Positions 1 through 7,013 of a DNA stretch of 12,861 nt are shown one piece after another. The stretch spans positions 649,547 through 662,407 of the forward strand of contig JAHQJS010000004.1 of NCBI GenBank assembly GCA_019057385.1, written 5' to 3'. The notes under the pieces were generated by a model that was not told the origin of the DNA, searched no databases, and worked only from the letters and a program-made list of their open reading frames with translations. Source of the stretch: Candidatus Borrarchaeum weybense (lineage in GTDB: Archaea; Asgardarchaeota; Sifarchaeia; Borrarchaeales; Borrarchaeaceae). Position numbers and translations under genes: made by a program. Positions within the stretch are counted from its first letter, which is position 1; each line of letters opens with the position of its first letter.

Positions 1-25
1 AAATCTATAAATGAATACGTGAGGG

Positions 26-655
26 ATGCTTATCGTCATTCATAATGTTTATATGTACAGGGATTCTGGTGAATTGTTATACCATGAAGATTACCATTCC
101 ATATCTCAGGAAGTCGATCCTGTAGTTGTGAGCGGCTTTTTTTCTGCCATACAGTCCTTTGGCAAAACGATGACTGGCGATGAAAGTGATATTAAAGAGA
201 TTGACACAGAGAAATTTTTGATCACTTTTAGCAGGGATCCTGATTTTGGTGTAACTGTAGCACTAGTGGTCGATCCAGAAGATAGAAAATGGGCTGGTAC
301 CGCAATTCTACAGTTATTAAAATTAGTTAAAGAAAAACTACGTGGCTTCCCTGAATCTCTATTCATCACAGAATTACCCCTTAAAAGCTTAAAAGGATTT
401 GATGAAGAAGTCGATAAGATCATCAGGCAATTTGTTGACAAAGCTATAAGTCAAAAAAAGAAGGTAATTCCGATTCTACTAAAGAAGGATAATATTAAAG
501 TCTCGTTGGAACAAAGCCAAATTTTGAATCTTGTAGATGGTGAACGTTCGATTTCGGAGATCGCTGATCTTTTAAATTTGCTCTATTTCCGTGTTATGAT
601 GATATGTTTAGACTTGAAGAAAAGGGGCATTATAGATACGAAGGAGATATTTTAG
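26..655 (+). CDS. Longin/roadblock-like regulatory-fold protein with C-terminal winged-helix-like module
   Basis: 209-aa ORF with ATG at 26. The N-terminal ~110 aa show the strand/helix pattern I associate with longin or roadblock (LC7/MglB) folds: IVIHNVYMYRDSGELLY, DPVVVSGFFSAIQSFGKTM, KFLITFSRD, VTVALVVD, AILQLLKLVKEKL. The C-terminal ~50 aa (SQILNLVDGERSISEIADLLNL...ICLDLKKRGII) look like a small wHTH / DUF4388-type module. The fold call is by pattern only. Confidence 0.55.
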   Translation: MLIVIHNVYMYRDSGELLYHEDYHSISQEVDPVVVSGFFSAIQSFGKTMTGDESDIKEIDTEKFLITFSRDPDFGVTVALVVDPEDRKWAGTAILQLLKLVKEKLRGFPESLFITELPLKSLKGFDEEVDKIIRQFVDKAISQKKKVIPILLKKDNIKVSLEQSQILNLVDGERSISEIADLLNLLYFRVMMICLDLKKRGIIDTKEIF

Positions 656-804
656 TTAACCTTTTAGACCGCAAATTTGTCCCCCCCTCTTAACACCAAA
701 AGAAATATATTTAGCCCTTACGTCATTCTCTAAGAGAACTGTGAGTTTAGAATTTTGATTTTTCCATAACGGTTGAATTAAAGGAACTCAATGAGGTTAG
801 AAAC

Positions 805-1317
805 ATGGGTGTTAAGGGTTGGCTAGGCCATAAATTAAAGACAAAGAAAACAAGTCTTGAATTATATCAAGCGACAATTGCTGGTATTGTGGATACCTTC
901 TTAGCAAAAAATGAGGGTGACATTGAGAAAACAAATGCAGATATCAAAGATCTTGGAGAAAGGATGACAGCAACACTTCTCATGGGTTACGCAGAAAAAA
1001 TGAAAGAACATGCCCCTTCCTTTGAAAAATTTAAAGATACGTTGTCTTTAGCTTACAAATTCTACTCAGGAAATAGTTTTACAGATGCAGTATATGATCC
1101 ACAACGCAAAGTAATCCGCTTTGAGGACGACAATTGCTTTATATGCCGTGGTATTACATTATCTGATGACTTGAAAGATTTAAAATACTGTAGTGTAGTC
1201 CCAGGTATTTTTACTGGTGTAATGAAGCTTAGAGGTTTTCCTGCCGATTGTAACCAAATCGAATGCAAAGCTGCTGGTGGGCAGACGTGTGCTTATGAAT
1301 TAGTGTCCTTTGAATGA
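805..1317 (+). CDS. V4R (4-vinyl reductase / Bet3-like) domain protein
   Basis: 170-aa ORF. GAGGT (793-797) lies 7 nt upstream of ATG 805. The C-terminal half carries the V4R cysteine pattern: CFICRG ... YCSVVPGIFTGV ... ECKAAGGQTCAYEL. Confidence 0.8.
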   Translation: MGVKGWLGHKLKTKKTSLELYQATIAGIVDTFLAKNEGDIEKTNADIKDLGERMTATLLMGYAEKMKEHAPSFEKFKDTLSLAYKFYSGNSFTDAVYDPQRKVIRFEDDNCFICRGITLSDDLKDLKYCSVVPGIFTGVMKLRGFPADCNQIECKAAGGQTCAYELVSFE

Positions 1318-1319
1318 GG

Positions 1320-1362
1320 TTTTTCTATTAACGATTTCTCATTCTTTTTTTGTCTTGTTTTT
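1320..1362 (+). terminator. Oligo-T tract cluster downstream of the V4R gene (archaeal-style terminator)
   Basis: T5 (1320-1324), T7 (1345-1351) and T5 (1358-1362) directly follow the TGA at 1315-1317. A 140-nt AT-rich gap then precedes the next gene. Confidence 0.5.
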
Positions 1363-1440
1363 CTAGATATTCAAATATAAAAGGTCGCGCTGCATTCTGC
1401 AGCAAATTGCCTTCCAAGTGATACTGTGGCTATTACAAAA

Positions 1441-1490
1441 ATTTTTTATAATTATTTACGTTTTTTAACGCGAAAGAAATAATAATAGTA
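1441..1490 (+). promoter_or_regulatory. AT-rich region with two TATA-like boxes upstream of the MoxR-vWA gene
   Basis: TTTTTTATAATTATTTA (~1443-1458) and AAATAATAATA (1477-1487) precede the first possible start (GTG 1503). No SD is visible, so the transcript may have a short leader or none. Purely positional inference. Confidence 0.3.
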
Positions 1491-1502
1491 TCAGATTTCT
1501 TC

Positions 1503-3482
1503 GTGTTATATCCACTTTATATAATTACAAATAAGAAGGCTTCGCGTTTGAAATCTATCGACAAGACACCGGTTGATCAAGAAGGGAATGTTTGTGATTT
1601 AAAGCTAGCTGTGTGTGACCCAAAAGAGTTATACGAGAAACTGACAGATGACAGAAGCGGAATTGTGGGACGTAAGCGCGAACTTAAACTAATTTTGAGT
1701 GCAATTTGCTCAGGCAAATCCATCCTCCTCGAAGGACCTCCAGGCACCTCAAAATCCACTATACTTCACGAACTGTGCTGTTCGCTCGGATTATGTCTAT
1801 TTTATTGTGAAGGTAATGCTGATTTAACTGCATCGAAGATGGTGGGATACTTTGATCCAGCAGCTGTACTACAAACTGGATACGTTCCCGAAAATTTCAA
1901 TGAAGGAGTTCTCACTAGAGCAATGGGAAGTGGTGGTATACTGTACATCGAAGACATAAACAGAGTACCGCCCGATGCACTTAATGCGTTAGTGACGGTG
2001 CTCTCTGAAAGAGAAGTTCACATTCCCCGATATGGGATGATTAAAGCTCACGGTGATTTCCGTGTTGTGGCCTCATTAAGTATTTTCGATAGTTTAGGCC
2101 CTGTTAAATTAAGTCGTGCAATTCTTGACCGTTTCGTCAAGATCAAATTAGATTATCAATCTGAAGAAGAGGAAAAAGAAATAGTAAACCGCGTCACTCA
2201 GATCGATGCACCTTGGTTGGTGGATCTTGGTGTAAAAATTGGTCGTGCAACACGAGAACATCCTGACCTAAAGGTGGGTGCGAGTATTAGAGGTGCCATT
2301 GATTTTGCGCGTCTTGCTTCCGATGAGATACGCTTTAATTCATCTCTGCAGCTCCAAGATCATCTTCTACAAATTGCGTATCTCGCTTTTTCAGCGAAAA
2401 TCAAGAGAAAACCGACATGTGAACTGACAGAAGAAGAAATCATAGAGGAATTATTCAGAACAGCTATGATGGGAGGTTCTCTTGATGAGTTATTAAAAAG
2501 AAGGGCAGAGGACAAAGGCGAAGACGCACAAATGAGTTTCGTTCGTGGTCCCGAGCCTGACTGGGACTTAGTTGATGCAATTCGTGAGAAAAGACTATTA
2601 AAACTTAAACAGATTGCTGAAGAGGGTGATATGGGCGCAACAAAATTAGGACAAGCGTTGTCTAAAATCCCTGATAAAAGTATGTTTCAAGACGTATTTC
2701 AAGGGCCATTAGCGCCAGAACTCTATGTCCTCATAAGACAGGCTTTAGAAAAGCGTCGTAAAGCCTTAGCGAGAGAATTAGCAACTCAAGTTATTCTTGA
2801 TCGGGCCCAAAACATGACTTTTTTTGGATTACGTGATGGTGATCGAAAGCGGTTTAGGTTTGATGGAGATGGGGTTATCGATATTGATCGAACCGTAGAA
2901 AATATTGTGGAGAAGGGACCGCGAAATGTTGAGCCAGATGATATAATTGTTACTAAACGTGAGAGAGTAAAACGAGCATGTTTATTGATGATTGATGCTT
3001 CGGAAAGCATGCTTAAAGAGAAGTTAGGACTTGCAGCACTTGCAGCGGCAGTTATTTCGCTTAAATATTCTTCAAGGAATGATTTCTACGGTGTAGTTGC
3101 ATTTCATTCAAAGCCATTCCTTCTCAAACAAATAGATCATGATACCCCAGTCGATAAGGTTATAGAGTATATTCTAACTCTAGAAGCGAGTTCACTGACC
3201 AATTACTACTCAGCGTTCAAAGAGGCAAGTACTGAATTTTCAAAGATAACTTCATTCAAAAAAGAGATTTTTCTGATGACTGACGGTGTTTGGACTTACG
3301 GAGAAGATCCAATACCTTTTATTCAAAATAATGCCAATATAAGCCGAGTTAATGTTCTGTATTTAGATCCGGGAAACCTCCAATTCGCTAAAGAATTAGC
3401 TTACAAAGGACAAGTGATTAAGATTGATGGATGGCCCTCCATTGTCAGAGGTATCAATCGAATTATGAACACGCCTTATTAA
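1503..3482 (+). CDS. MoxR-type AAA+ ATPase fused to a C-terminal von Willebrand factor A (vWA) domain
   Basis: 659-aa ORF.
- Walker A: LLEGPPGTSKS (1734-1757).
- MoxR-like Walker B region: ILYIEDINRVPPDALNALVTVLSEREV (E150-D151 at 1950-1955).
- AILDRF arginine-finger region, then QSEEEEKEIV and GASIRGAIDFARLA lid-like helices.
- C-terminal vWA with a complete MIDAS: LLMIDASESM (DxSxS, 2994-3008), a downstream T (SLTNYY) and LMTDG.
- There is no in-frame ATG near the 5' end. The start is GTG 1503, or possibly TTG 1548 or GTG 1608. Confidence 0.85.
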   Translation: MLYPLYIITNKKASRLKSIDKTPVDQEGNVCDLKLAVCDPKELYEKLTDDRSGIVGRKRELKLILSAICSGKSILLEGPPGTSKSTILHELCCSLGLCLFYCEGNADLTASKMVGYFDPAAVLQTGYVPENFNEGVLTRAMGSGGILYIEDINRVPPDALNALVTVLSEREVHIPRYGMIKAHGDFRVVASLSIFDSLGPVKLSRAILDRFVKIKLDYQSEEEEKEIVNRVTQIDAPWLVDLGVKIGRATREHPDLKVGASIRGAIDFARLASDEIRFNSSLQLQDHLLQIAYLAFSAKIKRKPTCELTEEEIIEELFRTAMMGGSLDELLKRRAEDKGEDAQMSFVRGPEPDWDLVDAIREKRLLKLKQIAEEGDMGATKLGQALSKIPDKSMFQDVFQGPLAPELYVLIRQALEKRRKALARELATQVILDRAQNMTFFGLRDGDRKRFRFDGDGVIDIDRTVENIVEKGPRNVEPDDIIVTKRERVKRACLLMIDASESMLKEKLGLAALAAAVISLKYSSRNDFYGVVAFHSKPFLLKQIDHDTPVDKVIEYILTLEASSLTNYYSAFKEASTEFSKITSFKKEIFLMTDGVWTYGEDPIPFIQNNANISRVNVLYLDPGNLQFAKELAYKGQVIKIDGWPSIVRGINRIMNTPY

Positions 3483-3523
3483 GATTCTCAATTTCTTTTG
3501 GAACAAACCAGAGAATAGTGGAA

Positions 3524-4552
3524 ATGGTTATGCAGATTGAAGAATGGCCGCTTAGGGATGGCGATGTTATTTTAACCAAAAAGGGCTTTATTTTTTACAC
3601 CTTTGGATATAATCATCCAAAAGATCATATTATTACATTTCTAAAGTATATTCCGCTGAAATACAAAGACTTATTTGACGCAAAAATTAATTTTCTAGAA
3701 TGGCAATGGATGCTTAACAACGAACCACTCGTTCGACCCACTGAATTGTACTATGGAGACATTTTATTATCCATATTACGAGAAAACTTTCCAGAATATC
3801 TTTATTTTTCTAAGGTTTTCAACAAAGAAATCATTGTAGTTCCAAAGCTAGAAATCAAAACTATTTTTGTCCCAAAAAAGGGGTTTTCGCTACTTGTAAA
3901 TAAAGAAAATCCGGATACACTAGAAAAAGAAGCGATTTCTCTCATTAAATTACTATCTAAGACAAGCGAAGTGCCTCTTAACAACTTTGGAATCCATGGA
4001 TCAATACTGCTTGGAACTCACAATGAAAAAAGTGATATAGATATAGCAGTTTACGGGTATTCTAATTTTAAAAAAGTTAAAGACTCAATGAGGACTTTAG
4101 TATCGTTAGATCCGTCAATTGAATATCTTCTTGATCATAAATATGACATGTTCCGGAAAAATCGAGGTCTCTACAATTCCCGACGTTTTGTGATCAATGC
4201 TACCCGGCAAAAAGAAGAAATTCAAGAAGTGTATGGCAATAAAGTTTATACGCCTCTGGCTGACATTTCCTTTCAGGCAAAGATAACTGATAACACAGAA
4301 GCAGTCTTTCGTCCGGCACATTATAAAATTATAGATTTCATTAATTTAAGTTCTAGTCTTCCGTATGTTATACCTGATGAAGTTATATCTATGATTGGTC
4401 AATACCGCGATATTGCGGACGTAGGTGATAGGCTTCAAGGAAAAGGCGTTCTTGAAGAAATTCGCAATATCATAACAAACGAGAAAACCTATAGAATAGT
4501 TGTTGGTTCAGGAAGGCCCCATGAGTATATTGAGCCTTATGAGCAACCATAA
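3524..4552 (+). CDS. Pol-beta-superfamily nucleotidyltransferase with C-terminal OB-like barrel (paralog A; archaeal COG1665-like family)
   Basis: The NTase signature hG[GS]-x(10-13)-DhD is present as FGIHGSILLGTHNEKSDIDIAVYG (3998-4042). The N-terminal motif WPLRDGDVILTKKGFIFYTFGYNHP is shared with the next gene. The C-terminal beta-rich segment (ISFQAKITDNTEAVFRPAHYKI...VGDRLQGKGVLEEI) looks OB-like. I moved the start from the track's 3431 to ATG 3524 (or 3530), because the paralog alignment begins there and 3431-3482 overlaps the upstream gene. Confidence 0.75.
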   Translation: MVMQIEEWPLRDGDVILTKKGFIFYTFGYNHPKDHIITFLKYIPLKYKDLFDAKINFLEWQWMLNNEPLVRPTELYYGDILLSILRENFPEYLYFSKVFNKEIIVVPKLEIKTIFVPKKGFSLLVNKENPDTLEKEAISLIKLLSKTSEVPLNNFGIHGSILLGTHNEKSDIDIAVYGYSNFKKVKDSMRTLVSLDPSIEYLLDHKYDMFRKNRGLYNSRRFVINATRQKEEIQEVYGNKVYTPLADISFQAKITDNTEAVFRPAHYKIIDFINLSSSLPYVIPDEVISMIGQYRDIADVGDRLQGKGVLEEIRNIITNEKTYRIVVGSGRPHEYIEPYEQP

Positions 4553-4572
4553 AGTAAACCCAGTGATTCATA

Positions 4573-5664
4573 GTGGATGCAGATAACCTCAAATTAAGAG
4601 ATAGAGACGATATACTTACACAAGAGGGAATTATCTTCCGTGTCTTGGGTTATCAGCATCCTCCAGAGGGTTGGATTTGTGAGCCTATTTATGCTCCTAA
4701 ATCTATATTTTCATCAAACAACCCGAAAAGTCCAAGAGGGTTTCCCGAAACATCTTATTACAAATTTTATGAAAACGAGGGAATGACGTGGGTGTGGAAG
4801 AATTATCCCTCCTACAGGGTTTATAACAGACCACTTCAAACTAAATTAATCGGTGTAAAAAATAATCAGATCGTCATACTTAGAAAACCAAGTGTTGGAT
4901 TAAAGGAATTAATGAAAGAAAGGAAATCTAATGATGTTCTTGCACAGAAAGCAATTGAGATCCTTGAATTTGTTTTAGATGAAACTGAGTTACGAGTTGA
5001 CGACTTCGGGATATTTGGATCATTATTACACGGTTTTCATCATCCATTAAAAAGCGATCTTGATTTTGTGGTTTATGGTCGTAATTCGCTATCGAAGCTC
5101 TTGCCTACTCTTGAGGATTTGTATTCAAGGAACAAAGGGAATATTGTGTTGAAAAATGAATATGATGGATTCCATAAAACCTATATTGAACAAAAAAACT
5201 GGCGCTTCACATGGATGTCTATTGAAGAATATATCTCTCACGAAAGACGAAAATTAATTTGGGGCTCCTATAAAGACTCCTCGACAAATAGGGATATTAA
5301 AATCGAATTCGAGCCTGTAAGAACTTATGATGAAATCGAGGATGAATATTCAAATACAGAGAGAATCATATCCGAAGGATGGATTGTTATAGAAGGTGAA
5401 ATAGTCGAAGATAAAGATGCGTATTTCATGCCATCCGTCTATGGCATTACATTAGAAAAAATCGTAGAAGGAAAGATCCCAGATAACGAATTAAAAAGAA
5501 TTATTTCATTTGTCGAAGAATTCAGGGGTCAAGCAAGAATCGGCGACCGAGTATTGGTCACTGGAACTCTTGAAAAGGTTGAAATGAAATCTAGCGAATT
5601 TTATCAAATCACTCTTACTTACTGTGAAAGATATTTCGACCAAGTAATGAAAGTGATCTCTTAA
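4573..5664 (+). CDS. Pol-beta-superfamily nucleotidyltransferase with C-terminal OB-like barrel (paralog B)
   Basis: 363-aa ORF starting at GTG 4573. AGTGAT (4562-4567, matching part of the GGAGGTGATC-type SD) lies 5 nt upstream. NTase motif: FGIFGSLLHGFHHPLKSDLDFVVYG (5017-5064). N-terminal LKLRDRDDILTQEGIIFRVLGYQHP parallels paralog A. The C-terminal barrel-like segment is WIVIEGEIVEDKDAYFMPSVYGI...IGDRVLVTGTLEKV. Confidence 0.75.
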   Translation: MDADNLKLRDRDDILTQEGIIFRVLGYQHPPEGWICEPIYAPKSIFSSNNPKSPRGFPETSYYKFYENEGMTWVWKNYPSYRVYNRPLQTKLIGVKNNQIVILRKPSVGLKELMKERKSNDVLAQKAIEILEFVLDETELRVDDFGIFGSLLHGFHHPLKSDLDFVVYGRNSLSKLLPTLEDLYSRNKGNIVLKNEYDGFHKTYIEQKNWRFTWMSIEEYISHERRKLIWGSYKDSSTNRDIKIEFEPVRTYDEIEDEYSNTERIISEGWIVIEGEIVEDKDAYFMPSVYGITLEKIVEGKIPDNELKRIISFVEEFRGQARIGDRVLVTGTLEKVEMKSSEFYQITLTYCERYFDQVMKVIS

Positions 5665-5690
5665 TCAGCATTTTAAGTAGATTGGGAAAC

Positions 5691-6863
5691 ATGACTAAAC
5701 TCAACTTAGAACTAGTCAATCATTTTGTTTTGAATAAACAACATTTAACAGATCGTTCAAAAATTGATGATATTACACAAATTGCCAAAGACCTTGTAGG
5801 TCTACATGCCACCTTGCCAACAACACCCTATTTGTCTCTTTTTGCTAGAACTCGAAAATTTACAAAAGAGCAGTTCGATAAAGAGTCCTATATTGAAAAA
5901 AATCTCGGTAAGATTCGATTTGTCCGAAAAACGATACATATTCTCCCACGAGATATGATTTCATATGCGTTTTCAGCAACAAGAAAGATGGCGGAAGTGG
6001 TTTCTGAACGATACAGTAAATATCTTGGTGCCGATCAAGATACGTATGAAAGGATCTCTCTACTGATCTTAGAAATACTTAAAGAAAAAGGCATGACAAC
6101 CACAGAACTCAAGAAAGCGTTAGACACTAAGTTAAAACTCTCTTCAATTCTTAATTTAATGTGTGATCAAGGTCTATTGATTCGTGGGCCTCCAAAAAAA
6201 GGATGGAATAGTAATATTCACATATATTATCTTTTTCAAGAGTATTTTCCAGAAGTAACTTTGAATGAGTTTGATGAAGAAAACGCAAAAAAATTCGTGG
6301 TGAAACAATACATTGGCTCGTTTGGCCCTGTAACAGTAAACGATGTTTCATGGTGGACAGGATTTCGTAAGACAGAAACTAAGCAGATATTAGAAAGTTT
6401 CCAAAACGATTTAACTCATGTTGAAATTTCGCACTTAAAAGGAAATCATATCATCCTTCTTTCGGATCAAAAAAACCTAAATTCTCTAACTGCGCCACAA
6501 AAACACGTTGTTAATTTTTTACCACCACTTGATCCGTACACGATGGGGTATAAAGATCGTGAGAGATATTTATCTAATGAATACTATTATCATGTCTTTG
6601 ATCGTTCTGGTAACGCTACATCATCAGTACTTCTTGATGGAAAAGTAATAGGGGTCTGGGATTTCAAAGAAGACAAAACCGCTCAAGTTAAGTTGTTTCT
6701 TTTTGAAGAAGTTGAAAAAAACGTCTTAAAAGACATTCATACAAGCGCCCAAAAAGTTGGAAAATTCATATCTGAGAAGGAAGTTGAAATAAAAGAAGTT
6801 GACTCTATGATCCCCTTGACAAAGCGAACCGCTGGAGGATTTATGTCACCGCTTAAAGACTAA
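5691..6863 (+). CDS. AlkZ/YcaQ-like winged-helix protein (HTH_42 / DUF1006-type, DNA glycosylase family)
   Basis: ~390 aa, the typical length for this family. The N-terminus has the family pattern: VLNKQHL..(~15)..AKDLVGLHATLPTTPYLSLFARTRKFTKEQF, compared with the canonical ...RQ.L....GLQAQ....P.L.L.AR. A conserved-looking C-terminal region follows: FLPPLDPYTMGYKDRERYL...FDRSGNATSSVLLDGKVIGVWD. The start is probably ATG 5691; the track uses TTG 5682. Confidence 0.7.
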   Translation: MTKLNLELVNHFVLNKQHLTDRSKIDDITQIAKDLVGLHATLPTTPYLSLFARTRKFTKEQFDKESYIEKNLGKIRFVRKTIHILPRDMISYAFSATRKMAEVVSERYSKYLGADQDTYERISLLILEILKEKGMTTTELKKALDTKLKLSSILNLMCDQGLLIRGPPKKGWNSNIHIYYLFQEYFPEVTLNEFDEENAKKFVVKQYIGSFGPVTVNDVSWWTGFRKTETKQILESFQNDLTHVEISHLKGNHIILLSDQKNLNSLTAPQKHVVNFLPPLDPYTMGYKDRERYLSNEYYYHVFDRSGNATSSVLLDGKVIGVWDFKEDKTAQVKLFLFEEVEKNVLKDIHTSAQKVGKFISEKEVEIKEVDSMIPLTKRTAGGFMSPLKD

Positions 6864-7000
6864 AAAGTTGCTTTAAATTTATTATATGAGGTTTCAAATT
6901 TTAATAGAAAACAAGGCAGTGCCACACTTTTTGGCATCCAACAAAAGTCTTAAGAACCTACTTACTTATGATAATTCTTAACTAGGTCAAACTTGGTGCT

Positions 7001-7006
7001 AGGAGG
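7001..7006 (+). promoter_or_regulatory. Shine-Dalgarno AGGAGG for the zinc-ribbon gene
   Basis: AGGAGG lies 7 nt upstream of TTG 7014. Confidence 0.6.
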
Positions 7007-7013
7007 CTAATAA

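Noticed and set aside
681-687. A C7 homopolymer tract in the AT-rich spacer after the first gene, considered as a possible phase-variation tract.
   Set aside because: It is intergenic, ~120 nt from the next start, and overlaps no obvious promoter element. There is no evidence of function.
1389-1403. A small hairpin, GCTGCA-TTC-TGCAGC, between the V4R gene and MoxR-vWA.
   Set aside because: It has only 6 bp and a 3-nt loop, and it lies outside the oligo-T terminator and the TATA-like boxes. It cannot be distinguished from chance.
1503-3482. The MoxR-vWA fusion as a magnesium/cobalt chelatase D subunit (ChlD/BchD/CobT).
   Set aside because: The architecture is similar, but the Walker B region carries the MoxR-type INR signature. 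No ChlI/ChlH/CobN-like partner is nearby. The neighbours are NTases, not tetrapyrrole genes. I keep this as an alternative to test, not a call.
3431-3523. The 5' extension of the NTase-A ORF, which would overlap the MoxR-vWA gene by 52 nt.
   Set aside because: The extension (MALHCQRYQSNYEHALLRFSISFGTNQRIVE) has no counterpart in paralog B, whose alignment starts at the LRD motif. ATG 3524/3530 gives a non-overlapping gene with a matching N-terminus.
3524-5664. The NTases as cGAS/DncV-like CD-NTases of a CBASS-type system.
   Set aside because: GS...DxD is generic to the whole Pol-beta superfamily. The extra N-terminal domain and C-terminal OB-like barrel match an archaeal NTase-OB family rather than CD-NTase architecture. 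No recognisable CBASS effector or Cap genes are adjacent.
5691-5702. An exact 12-mer, ATGACTAAACTC, is shared between the start of the AlkZ-like gene and each 28-bp repeat unit. A weaker TATGACTAAG lies at 11442-11451.
   Set aside because: One 12-mer coincidence in an AT-rich 12.9-kb window is within chance expectation by rough estimate. There is no extended similarity around it.
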